Positions 13,301 to 25,761 are shown, counted from the first letter of the stretch. The stretch is DNA of 64,000 nt from Azolla caroliniana (GCA_043228905.1 JBHGNT010000002.1:21948001-22012000), one strand, 5' to 3'. The notes: generated by a model not told the origin, from the letters alone. Numbers and translations are program-made.

Positions 13301-16300
13301 AATGCCACATGATCTATATTTCGAATTCATGTTCAATCTATCAACTCAAGCCATACACAAAGATGAGAGCGTTGGCATGCCAATGCAAAGCATTATTGAA
13401 TCTCATCAGTCATGAGCCCTACAAGTGTTGTTGCCATTTAAATTGGATACTGCAGTCATTGTTTTTTAGGACTCAATTTCATGAATATACAGTTTTATGA
13501 ATTTTCATGTTCACGTTCACAATAGCAAGCATTTTCTTTTATGTTAAAAGTTTTATGTTCTTATGCTGTTATGCCTTTATTCTTTTATGAGTTTATGAGT
13601 TTATGAGTTTATGCTTTTATGCTCTTATGCTCTTATGTTCTTATGCTCATATGCTCTTATGCTCTTATGCTCTTATGCTCTTATGCTCTTATGCTCTTAC
13701 GCTCTTATGACTTTATGACTTCATAAGATCAAAGCCATCAACGAACTCAGAAATGCCCTCATTGTCCCACCAAACTTTCCATATTGGATCATTCTTGATA
13801 CATATATTCAGGGGGCAGCAATTTCAGATCCAAAAATCAGAGATCAAATCTTTTTGTTCGTTATCCATATTTACATTTCAAGATCAGAAAGATAGTCAGT
13901 CCCATTGGTAAGTTAAACACATTTAACATTTGTCAGTTCTCGTAGGCCACTGTGGACTTTAGAAACATTAATATTTCTTTCTAACAAGGTATTTGGTTAA
14001 AGGGGCATGGTATTTTCATCATGTGCATGGTTCCTTTTATATACCACCAATGACAATTCCATTTTACTGGAAATTGATCTCTTCCACTGCTTGACTTGTA
14101 CTGAAAACTAAATTTCAAATATTTCTTAATTCTAAACAAAATAAAGTTTCACTTGTGAAAATATATGTTTGCATTTATTTGTCAAGAAAGTGAATTAAAA
14201 ACCAAACTTCCTCGTCCAATGCATATTTCTAACCTCTTCAAAATAGTACTTAGGAGTGTGGAACCATGCTGTCAGCCGTGCAGATCGTTGTTTCTCCTCT
14301 CCAAAGCCAAACAAAAAGTCACGAGTGCATTCATCTCCATTAAGGACATCTTTTACTGGCCATAACAATGAGTAACTACATCCAAAGATACCTCCCTTAA
14401 TTTATGTTACAAAAGGAAATATTTCCCAAGAAAAATATTTATTTATTCTATACACAATTGGATGACATATTCACATCATCCAATAATTCTAACTCTAGTG
14501 CGTTTGGGGTTTTCAGATGTACAGTCAAGTATAGTTTGATGATAACATGTATATTGACAGTCTTGCAGTTAAACATTGTTACATATTCAATATGAAAAGA
14601 TACCTGATAGCAGACTGTAAAGTTCCATCTGGCATGTACATAAATGGAGCCACTCTAAAATTTGGTTCATCGTTGTGCCTGATAGCAGAGCCCAGTTCGT
14701 CCATTACATACCTGAAATACAGATCAAGGTATATTAATTTTTTAAGTTTTTGCAAAAAAGTGCATTACTGAGACAATGATCTACATAACTATGTAAGAAC
14801 ATCAGATTCCATATCACTCAATCTTTTCCTTGGTGAAAGTTTATAGCTCCAGCTTACAGCATTGAGACAGTGATATACAATCCATACTAATGAGACAGTG
14901 AATAATTTATGCCTTCACAACATCTGCCTATCACATGGCCATCATTGGTTCCAATATAATTTACTCTGACACTAGACATATCTTCCCAGTAAACAAAACA
15001 AGGAAGCTTCTTTGCATGCCCATTAAATGGATCCTTCCATTCCTCAATTTATAAACTTCTTTATACTGAAAAGGCTTCACACAATAATATCTAGAATTGG
15101 AATCAAACTGTCTCCCATTGCAATTTGTCGATGACTATGTAGGCATAATAAGAGAAGACAAATTGAGCTCTCTGCAGCTAAAGGTTTTCGGACGTCCCTC
15201 ATACCTCTCCAACATCTCCTCTACCCATAAATTAAACCATCCTTAAAGTAATGCATTTATGAAACTTTTAATCATTTTGAAACAATGATTTGCAATAGCT
15301 ACTACCTGCATACAATGAAACATCTTTCAGGCAGCTAATTTTTATAAATTACTGCTGATATATTTTTAGGAATCATCATATGTATACCATATTGGGGTCT
15401 CATCAAGCTTCTCTTCGTCACAAAGCCGATATGTCATTACAAATGCCCACATTGCCCGAAGTATCCTTTCCACCACAGGCTCTTTGCTAGACCAGTGAGG
15501 GAAACTTGGAATAAGTTTACCTTCTACAACACTCTCTCCTCTTTCAAGAACCTTTGCAGCTTCTACACCATTTAGTTCAGAGATGTTGGGTAAGCTTTCT
15601 AAAATTTCTATCCCGTTTCTTCCAAGAGGTCCTGGTATATTTACCTGCACAAATATGACTAAATGTGTTTTTAAATTAAATCGGTCCACCAGAGCATTTG
15701 AACGAAAAAATCCTGATAATGCATTTATTTTGCGAGCTGTCTGTTAAAAAGATACAAAAGAACTACTATTTTGTATAAAGGAAGTGATCAAGTTAAAGTG
15801 TTTCATAAAACAGTTAGTTTTTGCCAAGTTTATATTATCTGTAGAAATATCCATCCAATTAGCCTGTTTTTATATTCTCTTTTCACCCTTCTGTTGACAT
15901 GACTTAAGTTTGAACAAATGTTTATGCAAGAAAACATTTATATAAAAACATGACTGGATCTTAAAGGAGAATACTTGGGAGAAGTTTCAAAATGATTATG
16001 ACTGCTGTGAGATATCTAAATAAACATGACTTGTCAAATATATAGTTCCATTTAGATGCCCTGTTTTTGTACAGTTTTCATATGATCAATAAATTCGATG
16101 CCAAGCTCTGGCACTATAATAACGCTAGATATTTTATGTCATCCTCTTTTTGGCATTAATTTCTCAGACAACAGGTACTGTCCTTAAAACTTTTCGAATA
16201 ATTACATTTAAGTCCTGCGGAAGCTAAATATGTTAATGTCCAGAGAAACGTGAAATTACCTCAAGTGACTGTAGACTGGAAAAACTCCTTAATGTCTCAA

Positions 16301-19300
16301 CCAGAGTTGCTTTCAAATCATTATCTAAAGGGTTGTCCCGTAGGTTTAAAGAGCTTAGTAAAGGCATCTCCACAGGATTAAAAACCTGCAGGATTCAAAT
16401 ATAATTATATAGAAAATATAAATATAAATGCATGTGTGTAAGTGTATGCATGTTCGCATACGTAACATGTAAATGCCTACTATGTGTAACATGTGTATGC
16501 CTCCTATGTGTAACATGTGTATGACTCCCAAATGTAACCTTGTATGCATAATAAGTGTATGTGTATGCATATGTGCAGTAAGTGTATGTTTATGCCTATG
16601 CCTATGCCTATGTGTACGTGGACGTGGACGTGTACGTGGTACACATAAAACAAATTTAATTTTTATGTTTGCCCATGCAAATTAGTAAATCTGAAAACGA
16701 AGAATGATATACAAGCAAACCTTAGGGTGAAGACTACAAATATTCCGATTGGATAGATCCAGTGTTTTGACAGCCCTTAACTCATCACCAATGTTAAGTG
16801 ATTTGGCTGAAGGTATCCCAGCACAAAATTCTATCGCCCACTTACCATAGTTCTCTGTGAATTTGCTGTTGTAAATTTCTAACTGGGGTACTGACAAAAG
16901 CAAGGCAGATTCAAATTGATCGCTCCTAAAGCAAAAAAGGAACAAAACATGATGTGTTTCAAATTGGCATATTAATGTCCCATTCATAACTTACGTGTAT
17001 ATCATGTGAGGTGCCATTCATATTACACATGCAAACCACATGGCTAATTAATTAACCCACACAAATGTAAATCAGTTCAGTGTAACATAAGATGCATTCA
17101 AAGAAAAAAACCATTACACCAGCGCATGGCACCACATTATATTCATAAATAAATATAAAACAACATATGTACAGTGACTAAAAGCACCAGTAAAATAATA
17201 GACTATAGGGAGTAGAAATACAATGGCAATTAACATATGACATGTGCGCACATTGGTCTTCTTAAAAGTATGTACTTATCCTTGTTGGTTCTGTAAATAT
17301 TTACATATGTATCTGTTGTTAACTGTTACTCCCAATTTATAAGTGAGGAGAATATTTTTAGCCTCTCAAAGATTATCAGCTATATAGTATTACTGGTAAG
17401 GCCTTATCATAGAACGGTCCAAGGGGTCAAAGAAACCAACAATTCAGCACCACATGTGACAGGTTCGGGTAAGTTATATACTTTTTTCCATATCCTCAGG
17501 CAACAGAAATTATATCAACAAATACCAATAAAAGAAAAAACACTCCTCATTGAGTGGTAACATGCAATTCACAGCGGAAATCTTATTTGAAGCATAATTC
17601 AATAGATAAGTTGGCATGCATTGATTGTAGTACTTGTTCAAGGGGACAAAGAAACACTTATATACTTTTTTCTATATCCCTATAAACAGGCTCATACAAT
17701 AAAAACTATATCAATCAATACCAATGATAAAACAATCCTCATTGGGTGGTAAAATGCATTTCAATGCTTTAATGTTATTTCAAGCATATTAATAGAAAAG
17801 AAAGAGCTATTCCTCAATAAGATAATATTACCCCTCCACTAGAATAGGGTTTTCGTTAATCCAAAACGCCTTTAAATGCTTCAATCCAGCAACTGCTTCT
17901 AATACTGCACCCTGAGAACTGACATTATTTCCCCATAAGCTAAGGCCCACCAAATTCTGTATGAAGAAAGATGATTCTCTCAAATCCATATTATTAGATC
18001 AGCATCCAAATATCCAGCAACTGATATGGAAAGTACTCACAGGAAAATTGGATGAAAGTTCCAATGACTTCAATTTTTCATCATTAATTGCGGTCTCATC
18101 AAGCTCCAGCCAGTATAAATCATCCCCGGCAGCAGTTGCTTGATTTTTTGCTTCTATAATAGCATCTTCTACTGTACGTACCACACTGCATAGCTCCTCT
18201 ATTTCCTCCGGATCATCAGAGACACACATCATTGCACTTAGCCTTTCAACCAAGCTAGGGTGTTGCTCAAGCTACATGAACAACCACATAAACCAGAAGG
18301 TGGGAGTATTTATTATAAAACAACTACTTAAAAATAAGAAACTACAAAAAACAAGGAAACTGTACAAGTGACTGCGCGTGAACACATCATGTAACGACGA
18401 CATCATGGACATCAGAACTAGCAAACCTATAAGGAAATTAAAAGCAAAATACATACTAAATTTATGACAAAAAACAAAACCAAAAAAGGCTGTATTATTA
18501 AAAAACCTTGTCACGAAATATTTCATCCTCAAAACACCCCATTTCAGTCCTCGAAGGATTTACATACATTTTTTTATAGTTATATATCTATATGTGTGTA
18601 AGTATACGTGTGTGAAAATACTATTATACATATGAACAATAAGCCTTCCAAGAGAGCTCATAGCTATTCTACCTTCTTGAATAGATTGTAGGGAAAAGAA
18701 AAAAGAAAGATAATTGATGCACCTTTTCAATTATTGGATCTCTATGAATGTTGGCTGTCCCATTTCACCCATTTCACTGACTTCCTATCAAAGCTAAGTT
18801 GCTACATAGAAGACAGGAAGGCTTATACACCATAACCAGTCTTCTTGAGAAGAAGTCAAGCCAGCCAATGCTGCCCAGAGCCAACCATGGACAGCCTAAT
18901 GAAGACCCTACCAGCTTGATGGCCAGCCTGAAATAGACTCGTATGCAGCCTTGTGGATTTCCGAAAGGCCTTTGACACTGTGCCACGTGCTCGGCTTATG
19001 CAGCGGCTAGAAGCCCTTGGTGTTCCTATAGATATGCAATGGGGAATCTATGCACTCTATGAATCCATGTCAGGAAAAGTGTGGTCTTCCAAGGGCTAGT
19101 CAGAGGCGGTGGCTAGCACAATCGGCGTGAAGCAAGGATGCCCACTATCCCCCACTCTTCTCGGTCTCTATATAGGATGAGGTATCACAATACATAGAGA
19201 GATTTGGAGGTTCCAGACCACGCCTAGCAGGTATAGCTATACAAATATTACTATATGTTGATGATATTGTGCTGATTTCTGACTCTCCGAAGGGACTACA

Positions 19301-22300
19301 AAGACATCTAAATGCCTTAAAACTATTTTGTACGGACAAAGGTTTGTCAATCAACATGAATAAAACTGAAGTGATGGTGTTTAACACCACCCAAGCATGG
19401 GTAACAAGATCAGAACCAGAATTCTTCTTGGGAGAGGAAAAGGTGGAATACACACACTCCTACACATACCTAGGAGTAACATTTACAGGACCTAGGTTCT
19501 CCTTACAGGAGGCTGCTTGTGCCCAGCTTTCTTGTGGATATGCAGCCCTTGGTGCTCTCGAGAGACAATGTGCACATTTGCAGTTCCAAGAGCCACGGAC
19601 TAAGCTATGGTTATTTGATACACTTGTCACACCAACACTTCTCTATGGAGTAGAGACATGGGGACTGAATCTTAACAAGACAAATCATTGGAAAGATTTA
19701 GAGAGACCTTTAGTGTCAATGATTGCTCGCATGATCAGGAGCAAAGCATCGGTGCCCCACGATATAATCCGGGCAAAGATGGGAGCAGCACCTATAATAA
19801 CCGAGGCATTGTTCCGATCAATGACATTTATCCAACATCTTTGGGAGCTCCCTAAACGAAGGTACCCAAGGTTGGCACTTATGTCATCAAGACAACTGGC
19901 TGAAAATGGAGACACTCATTGTTGGTATGCTGAAATGCAGCAATGATTCGAGTCACATGACATGAGTATAAATGCAATACCCCCATTCCAATATAGCTTG
20001 GACTGTCCCCATTTAAATATAACCAAAGTGGAAAAGAATAGAGTGATCCGAACTGATATTATTAACTTGGAAAACAAGATAACATGGATCAGCCCCAAAA
20101 TACCACTTGGTACAAAGATGGCCCACTATAAGACACACTTCTTACATACATCGGAGGATGGTGTCATGAGGCCACCTTACATAGAAATACATCTATCCTA
20201 TGCGATGCGTAGTGTGATAGGGCAGTTGCAAACTTCATCACATCAGCTACGGATTGAGGTAGGCAGATATACACGACTACCTCTAGAAGAGAGAATTTGC
20301 CAATTGTGTCATCAAGGAGTGGAATCTGAAGAACACTATGTTTGTCATTGTAGTGTCTTCTATGAAATCAGAGGGAGATACCATTGCCTCTTTAAACAAG
20401 GCTTTGGCCCACTACGCAAGGTAATGGAATATGAGGACCAACGATGCCTAGGACTTTTCTTGCTAGAGCTCAAGAGACATCGAGAAAAGTTGTTGAAGAA
20501 TACAGCCACACAAGCTTATGCACAAAGAACAATCACAACTTTCTTTAGCCCCATCACTCCTACTAACACTACAAGTCAATCACGGGATACACAAATGGGC
20601 TTCAGACCAGGACATAACAAACGGGTTATAATTGATCGGGCAATGGCAATTTGCCGTGCACGTAGGCCCCGGCCCCATGGACCACAACCTCGACACCCTT
20701 GTCATCGACAGATAAAAGCCATTATCTCCCGCCAACGTAGGTGCTTCCCTCACTTCGGAGACATTTCCATTCTAGATCGACCTATGCTAGAGATCTTTCG
20801 AAGACAAAAGCTGCAATATACCTAACTTGAGGATCTCACATGTACCAAAAACCAGATTCCCTCATTTCTTTTCTTTTTATGTTATTTTCTTTTATATTTA
20901 CTGTGTAATATTTATTTTATTTTGATTTGTTCTCAAAGACGAGACAACACTTAAGATGTAATCTCTTATTTGGTCTTATATGCCATTTTGGCCTCTTAAA
21001 AAACGTTAATATATCTTTCTTTCTTTGCACTCTCAATTAACCCTCACACTTTTATCCTTGTGTGTAGAATACTAAGGTATAGACTACCATGTGATAAATT
21101 ATGGTCATGCCCATAACATTCTCCCTCTCTTTACAACATTGCATTCTTGCGATGAGAGATTAGGTAAGTTAGTTTTAATGGTGTTTTCTTGTTTCATGTA
21201 GCATCTTTTATAGACTTACTCAAATTGTTTTAGAACACAAATGCTTTGTGGTACATGTTTAGAAACTAAATCTTCAGAAGTAACCAGAGTTTTAGTTGTA
21301 ACTATATTATCATTAGAACCAATAAATTTTTTTAGACAACTTACATGAAAAACCGGATGGATTTTAACACCATCAAGATGAGCAAAACGATGGTTGATGA
21401 ACCAATGCGTTTGATAACTGTGAAGGTCCACAAAACCGTGGGGCTAACTTAGCGCATTACTTGTGGTAGTTTGTACCGTAGTATTCTACACACGAGATAA
21501 ATTATGGTCATGCCTGTAACAATTACCGTAGTATCAAGATGAGCAAGACGATAGGCTGATGAACTAATGCATTTGATAACTGTGAAAGATCCACAAAACC
21601 GTGGGGTAACTTAGCACACTTCTTGTAGTAGTTTTTACCGTAATATTTTACACATGGGATAAATTACTATCATGCCCGTAATAGTTACCTTGGACACAAC
21701 AAAAGAGTTTGTCTAAAAAAGGAGAACTAACGCCATAACATGTAGTACAAGGATGGTTTGCAAAGAATAAAAGAGGGCTAACTACATGACAAGCTTGGTG
21801 GATAGACCACATGAGTGGAAATAGTCACCTACACATCCATCTACATTGACTAAACTAATCGCAGACATGTACGGTCTACCCTATGTAATCCATTGATCAA
21901 GGATGCCCATCAATCACACGGCCCAAATATTCAAGGAAACAATGCTAGGAAATACCATCAATGGCTACGAAACTTGCTAAATCTATCTTTGAAATGCATA
22001 ATACAACCCCTTGGAGAATGGCTATCCAAGGAACTCTCACAGAGTTGGCGTAACAATAGGATGCAAGATAGATGACATGGATTGTTTAGTCTCTATAATC
22101 TCAAGTGTTAAGGGCTCAATGATGTATAAAGAAGAAAGAAAGAAAGAGAGATATATTAACCTCTTTTAAGATGCCAAAATGGCCTATAAGAACAAACAAG
22201 AGATTACAAGAACAAGAAACCAAAATAAATGTAACTAAGTAAAAGAGTAAACGTGACTTAAAGAATCCAGTTATCTATACATGTAAAATTCTCAATTTAG

Positions 22301-25300
22301 ATTGATCTAGTGAGGAGCATTCTAGATGTTGATTTCAACATCATTAAGATCTCACAAAGGTACACCTGACCAGATTGCAATATTTTGCAATAAAACGAAC
22401 GCATTGTATTGACAAAAACTTGCAACGTAGTGGATGATGACAGAGCAAGAAGCAATATATATTTCTAGCAGAATGCCAACACATGATTAAATAGTAGAGT
22501 TTGATACAATGAGAGTTATAGCTTGTGTGCTCCTAAGTAAGCAAATATAAAGCAACTTAAGAAGTGAAGCACGGACTAACTCTAGCATACATTGTAGTGT
22601 CCCCTTCATAAAGATAGGTTGTTAGTACCAACAACTAACCCATCTACCATAATCAATGAGCCTCCTTTCACCATTGACCACAAATATATGAGGGTTGTTC
22701 GCACTTGTTCACCCTCAACACTCCTCTTTCAAGAGCTTCACCTACACCGACCAATCATCTGATCTCATTCAGAATTATTTTTTATTCGTTACATAGCAAA
22801 CTCCCACATCATCCATTACAAACTCTACATCCACTAGACATATCCAAAATGTGCCCAATGTGAGAAATCCTCTAATGTTTTCAGATTCTGAATTGGATAG
22901 CTCAAAACCTGGTGGATCTCCACATATAACACCTTGAGAACTCCATTCAAAAAATTGGAATTTTGACTTTTCTAGCATGCTTGTCAGTTCTTCTCAGTTG
23001 ATACTACTAGATCTCTAAGGATCCCAGCTTTGCACCTCTTCCACCTTTTATTTCCAGTTCATAATATAGTCACCATTTGAGTTCTTAGATATCACATCTG
23101 AGGTATGTGGATCCACATCCTGACAATGCGTCATCTTCTTCCAGTCAAATCATAGACTCTACAAACCTAAGACTCTGAGTTGTGTCTAACAAATATGCCT
23201 CCCCTACTCTGCGCGTCCTGCCTATAACCAAACAATTGTCAAACCTTTTCAAGATATTTAGACGACTATGTCAATTAAAAACCTGATTGAGTAGCCAAAA
23301 TCATGATTGTTAGCAAATAGTAAATCTTGTATCGCCATTGGGCAAGAATTTGTTAGAACAGGGCCCTTCATTGAGCAAGAAGTAGACCAAAAAAACAAAT
23401 AGTGGAGGAATACCTCCAAGGATGGAGAACATAAAACCGAAGAGATTGTTAGAACAGGGCCCTTCATATATATGCTATGGCCAGTAATTAGGCAAGTTAT
23501 GAGCGTACATGTCACTTTGAATCTTACCTTCTACCTCTGGGTGCTCGACGATTCCTTGACAAAGCTAGGACGAATAGAAACAAGGCCTACTGCTGATCCA
23601 ACAGAAATTATAGGGTCCATGTTAGTCTCATCCTAATTCATTACATCAATCAATCTTGTCAGGTAATGTCTCTTCCTTCACTCAGACTTATGTGGGGCCC
23701 TACTCCCCGGTTATTATAAAACTACAGATGAATATGTAGACCATAGTATTACCCACATCCAATCAGAAAGAATTGTGCAGCTCCACTCAATGATGATCAA
23801 CATTTTTTTTTCCACTAACTTGTAGCGCCATCAACTACATTGGGCTTCATCTGATCATTCATATTCCTCAACTCGAAGATCCTCCTTTCTGGAAATATAC
23901 CCCATCATACTGCTTCGATCAGGGAATAGGACAATCCACCTTATTTTGTTGTCATTCTTCCCCAGAAGTCTATGTGGACTAACTCCAGAGAAGACTTTGC
24001 TCGCTTGACCTTCTCCAAGAAAGACTTTCAATTCCACTTACCAACTTTACATGTCTCGTACTTTTCAGCATGTTCAGCCAATCCAGTCAAGACATTATGT
24101 ATTGGTGGACTGTCTCCCCATGCCTCTGCACTTGTTGAACTCTTTGGTTGCACTGCCCAAGCAACCACAGAACCTCTTTTAATCATTGTCATCAGTGCAA
24201 CTATTTCTTCCCCATAGCTCTATTTAATTAACAAACATAGAACCTCAAAGCTTTGCAACCATGTTATATTCAGGAGAAACATAAGGATTGAACAAACAGA
24301 TGCTTGCAATGGATCAGAAAATGAAAGTGTAAGAAGCAATGTATATTACTAGCAGAGAGTTGAAGCATGATTACAACAAGAGTTGTAGCTCATGTGCTTC
24401 TAACCAAGAAAATTGGAAAACAAGGCAAGAAGTGAAGTGTGGACTAACCCTAGAATGAATTGTAATGTTCCATTTATACAATAGGATGATAGTCCCAACA
24501 ATAACCATCTACCATATTCAATGTCGGTGGCACTTGTTCACACCCAGCACATATAACTTTGTTCATCTTAAATCAACATGTGATGCAATGTGACATGAGT
24601 TCTTTGAATATCAAAAAGTTCAGTTCAAGCTACACATTAGGATGACTGAAACTGTGTCAAGAGTCGAGATAATGAAAACCAAACAATTATCCGGGCGTTT
24701 CCCAAGTTCATCAACATAATGATCATCGTGTTTGTTGGGGTAGAAAAAAAAAAGCGGGTACTTTCAGACCCATCCTTGTGCAGTAAAACAAGAAAATTTG
24801 ATGGCATTAGTAACCCCCCCTTTCTCATTAAGAATAATGTAAGACAAAGAATTTTGATCTAATGAAAAGGTCAGATTAAGGGATTTGAACTCAATCGTAT
24901 TCTTTTTCTAGTCCAACTGCACCAAAACAGTATCTTGGAAATTTGGATGAGTTTTCAGCTTTATCAACAGTTCGATGTATTCAAACGATTGTCAAGAATG
25001 TATTGATCTAACAACGACCCCATAATGAGCAATGTGGTTCATGGATTGTTGTAGTTAAGAAAAACAATGCAATGGTATGAACAATATAGAAGTAATGAAT
25101 GCAACTTCAGAAGACGATTCAAGAGACTGAAAGGAAATGAAAACCCCACATGTCAATGCCAGTCCAAAAGATGATGATATGGCTCATGGAGCAAATTTGG
25201 GCCATTTGAAACAGATGATGAGTTACAAAACGACAGGTCAAACTTACCTAGACTTTGGTGAGTTTTGCATATAAGGTTGTGCAACCTTATGTGCAAATAC

Positions 25301-25758
25301 AACACTCGCCTTTAGAATTATTTTCCTCTTCTACATTCCCATAATTTATTGCATACCGGTGCCACAACTGATGGGTAATTCCCAAATTCACAGATTCGCG
25401 TGGGTTTGTGAAAATAATTGCATCATAAATATGAGGAACATACCTGGCTCCGAGCATCAGGCAGACGGAACGACCACGCATGATCAATGAGGAAGACCTG
25501 AGAATGCCGGGGCAGATGCGGGTGTGCGGAGGACGAGAGCAAAAGGCGGCGTTGCTTCGGCCGCCTACTGGCGGCGACGACAGCGACATCATCATCATCT
25601 TCTTCTTCGTGTTCTTCGATGCTGAAGAAATTACCAGCATCAAGGGTGTCATTGGTGAGCTTGTGGAAGAGCTGTCTGTGGAGGGAGGGGGGCAGGCCAG
25701 AGGAGGCCAAAAGGACGCCATGCACCTGCAGGAACTCGTCGAAGCTGGTCATCCTGCC

Positions 25759-25761
<3 letters not shown>
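4176..25761 (-). CDS. TTLL12: Tubulin-tyrosine ligase-like protein 12 (plant type: split SET-like region with LRR insert plus TTL domain); 15 exons, 2616-nt CDS, 871 aa
   Basis: Exons join in frame through GT-AG introns: 25444-25761, 18041-18271, 17832-17956, 16721-16925, 16260-16385, 15388-15644, 14604-14711, 14234-14375, 12177-12345, 11821-11978, 11260-11583, 8359-8433, 8219-8288, 4408-4565, 4176-4325. Motifs: VFLIDHAWSF, WYVMDELGSAIRH, NQFPFE, WIMKPWNMAR, KFDLRY, YGVDV, LLEVTYCPDC, ending FGCLFL..VTPL*. Confidence 0.95.
4408..4565 (-). CDS. TTLL12: TTLL12 exon 14
   Basis: SWKIIH...ARAIYGVDVLLTSDFEPKLLE. Confidence 0.92.
6046..6240 (-). mobile_element. Old 3'-end fragment of a (TTTC)n-tailed RTE-X-like LINE (intron 13)
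   Basis: (GAAA)n GATATACTAATGTC..GCTAAAATAGCC..AAGAGATTGCATC is homologous to the 8848 and 21026 tails. The 5' boundary is approximate. Confidence 0.6.
6300..7620 (-). mobile_element. Heavily decayed LTR-retrotransposon (Gypsy-like) pol remnant
   Basis: Only scattered integrase- and RNase H-like peptide traces; no intact ORF. Confidence 0.3.
8219..8288 (-). CDS. TTLL12: TTLL12 exon 13
   Basis: NYGRKLVHVDTHDFIPAFEKEHN|GTTAGT. Confidence 0.9.
8359..8433 (-). CDS. TTLL12: TTLL12 exon 12
   Basis: CAG|ARISNNKY...YETHFTVM|GTGAGT. Confidence 0.92.
8848..9242 (-). mobile_element. 5'-truncated (TTTC)n-tailed RTE-X-like LINE (intron 11)
   Basis: Gapless reverse complement of 20638-21026, about 16 mismatches in about 385 nt by eye. 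Confidence 0.9.
11260..11583 (-). CDS. TTLL12: TTLL12 exon 11 (TTL ATP-grasp core)
   Basis: WIMKPWNMARTID...ICQKYVEHP..KFDLRYIVLV. Confidence 0.95.
11821..11978 (-). CDS. TTLL12: TTLL12 exon 10
   Basis: ADILW...YVNQFPFEACIVMKHHLA|GTAAGT. Confidence 0.92.
12177..12345 (-). CDS. TTLL12: TTLL12 exon 9
   Basis: VYNNHQ...VYTDLPQVLETLKRPEF|GTAAGT. Confidence 0.9.
12377..12484. repeat. 55-bp tandem duplication beside the branch point of intron 8
   Basis: CTCCTTTAAAAACCATCCAACTATACACTC..AAAAACTTGT occurs twice, at 12377 and 12432. Confidence 0.85.
12564..13032 (+). mobile_element. Solo LTR (469 bp) in intron 8
   Basis: TGTTAGA...TCTCACA ends, TSD TTTAA on both sides, internal TATAAATAGG. Confidence 0.85.
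13545..13722. repeat. Degenerate 8-bp minisatellite (TTATGCTC)n
   Basis: About 20 units of TTATGNNN, with a homogeneous core at ~13610-13705. Confidence 0.85.
14234..14375 (-). CDS. TTLL12: TTLL12 exon 8
   Basis: YSLLWPVKDV..ECTRDFLFG..RSARLTAWF. Confidence 0.92.
14604..14711 (-). CDS. TTLL12: TTLL12 exon 7
   Basis: YVMDELGSAIRHNDEPNFRVAPFMYMP. Confidence 0.92.
15388..15644 (-). CDS. TTLL12: TTLL12 exon 6
   Basis: VNIPGPLG...TYRLCDEEKLDETPIW, phase-2 donor. Confidence 0.92.
16260..16385 (-). CDS. TTLL12: TTLL12 exon 5 (LRR)
   Basis: CAG|VFNPVEMPLLSSLNLRDNPLD...LQSLE|GTAAT. Confidence 0.9.
16721..16925 (-). CDS. TTLL12: TTLL12 exon 4
   Basis: SDQFES...LEIYNSKFT...TLDLSNRNICSLHPK|GT. Confidence 0.9.
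17422..17790. repeat. Diverged ~200-bp tandem duplication in intron 3
   Basis: AGGGG.CAAAGAAAC, TTATATACTTTTTT and CCTCATTG.GTGGTAA.ATGCA each recur. Confidence 0.55.
17832..17956 (-). CDS. TTLL12: TTLL12 exon 3 (LRR)
   Basis: CAG|NLVGLSLWGN...LKAFWINENPIL|GTAAT. Confidence 0.9.
18041..18271 (-). CDS. TTLL12: TTLL12 exon 2
   Basis: TAG|LEQHPSLVERLSAMMCV...LELSSNFP|GTGAGT. Confidence 0.9.
18940..21026 (+). mobile_element. 5'-truncated non-LTR retrotransposon (RTE/RTE-X-like ORF2), antisense to the gene in intron 1
   Basis: VDFRKAFDTV, GVKQGCPLSP, LLYVDD, YTYLGV, and C-terminal ICQLC..ESEEHYVCHC. Has a frameshift near 19175, a stop at 19944, a 3' hairpin and a (TTTC)n tail. Confidence 0.9.
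21090..21690 (-). mobile_element. Gypsy integrase C-terminal remnant with local duplications
   Basis: KLAPRFCGP...IHPVFHVSCLKK (GPY/F module); GATAAATTATGGTCATGCC-like block occurs three times. Confidence 0.6.
22128..22300 (-). mobile_element. 3'-end fragment of a (TTTC)n-tailed LINE (intron 1)
   Basis: (GAAA)n GATATATTAACCTCTTTTAAGATGCCAAAATGGCCTATAAG is homologous to 8860-8925. Confidence 0.7.
22390..24549 (-). mobile_element. Old internally deleted LTR retrotransposon with two diverged LTRs (intron 1)
   Basis: ~22390-22720 and 24262-24549 are homologous (AAGAAGCAAT, AAGAAGTGAAG..GGACTAAC, CCATCTACCATA, CACTTGTTCAC). PPT-like sequence at 22721-22733 and degenerate PBS TGGTTGCAAAGC at 24250-24261. 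Confidence 0.65.
25444..25761 (-). CDS. TTLL12: TTLL12 exon 1
   Basis: MGRMTSFDEF...LIDHAWSFRLPDARSQ, donor GTATGT, phase 0. Confidence 0.92.
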
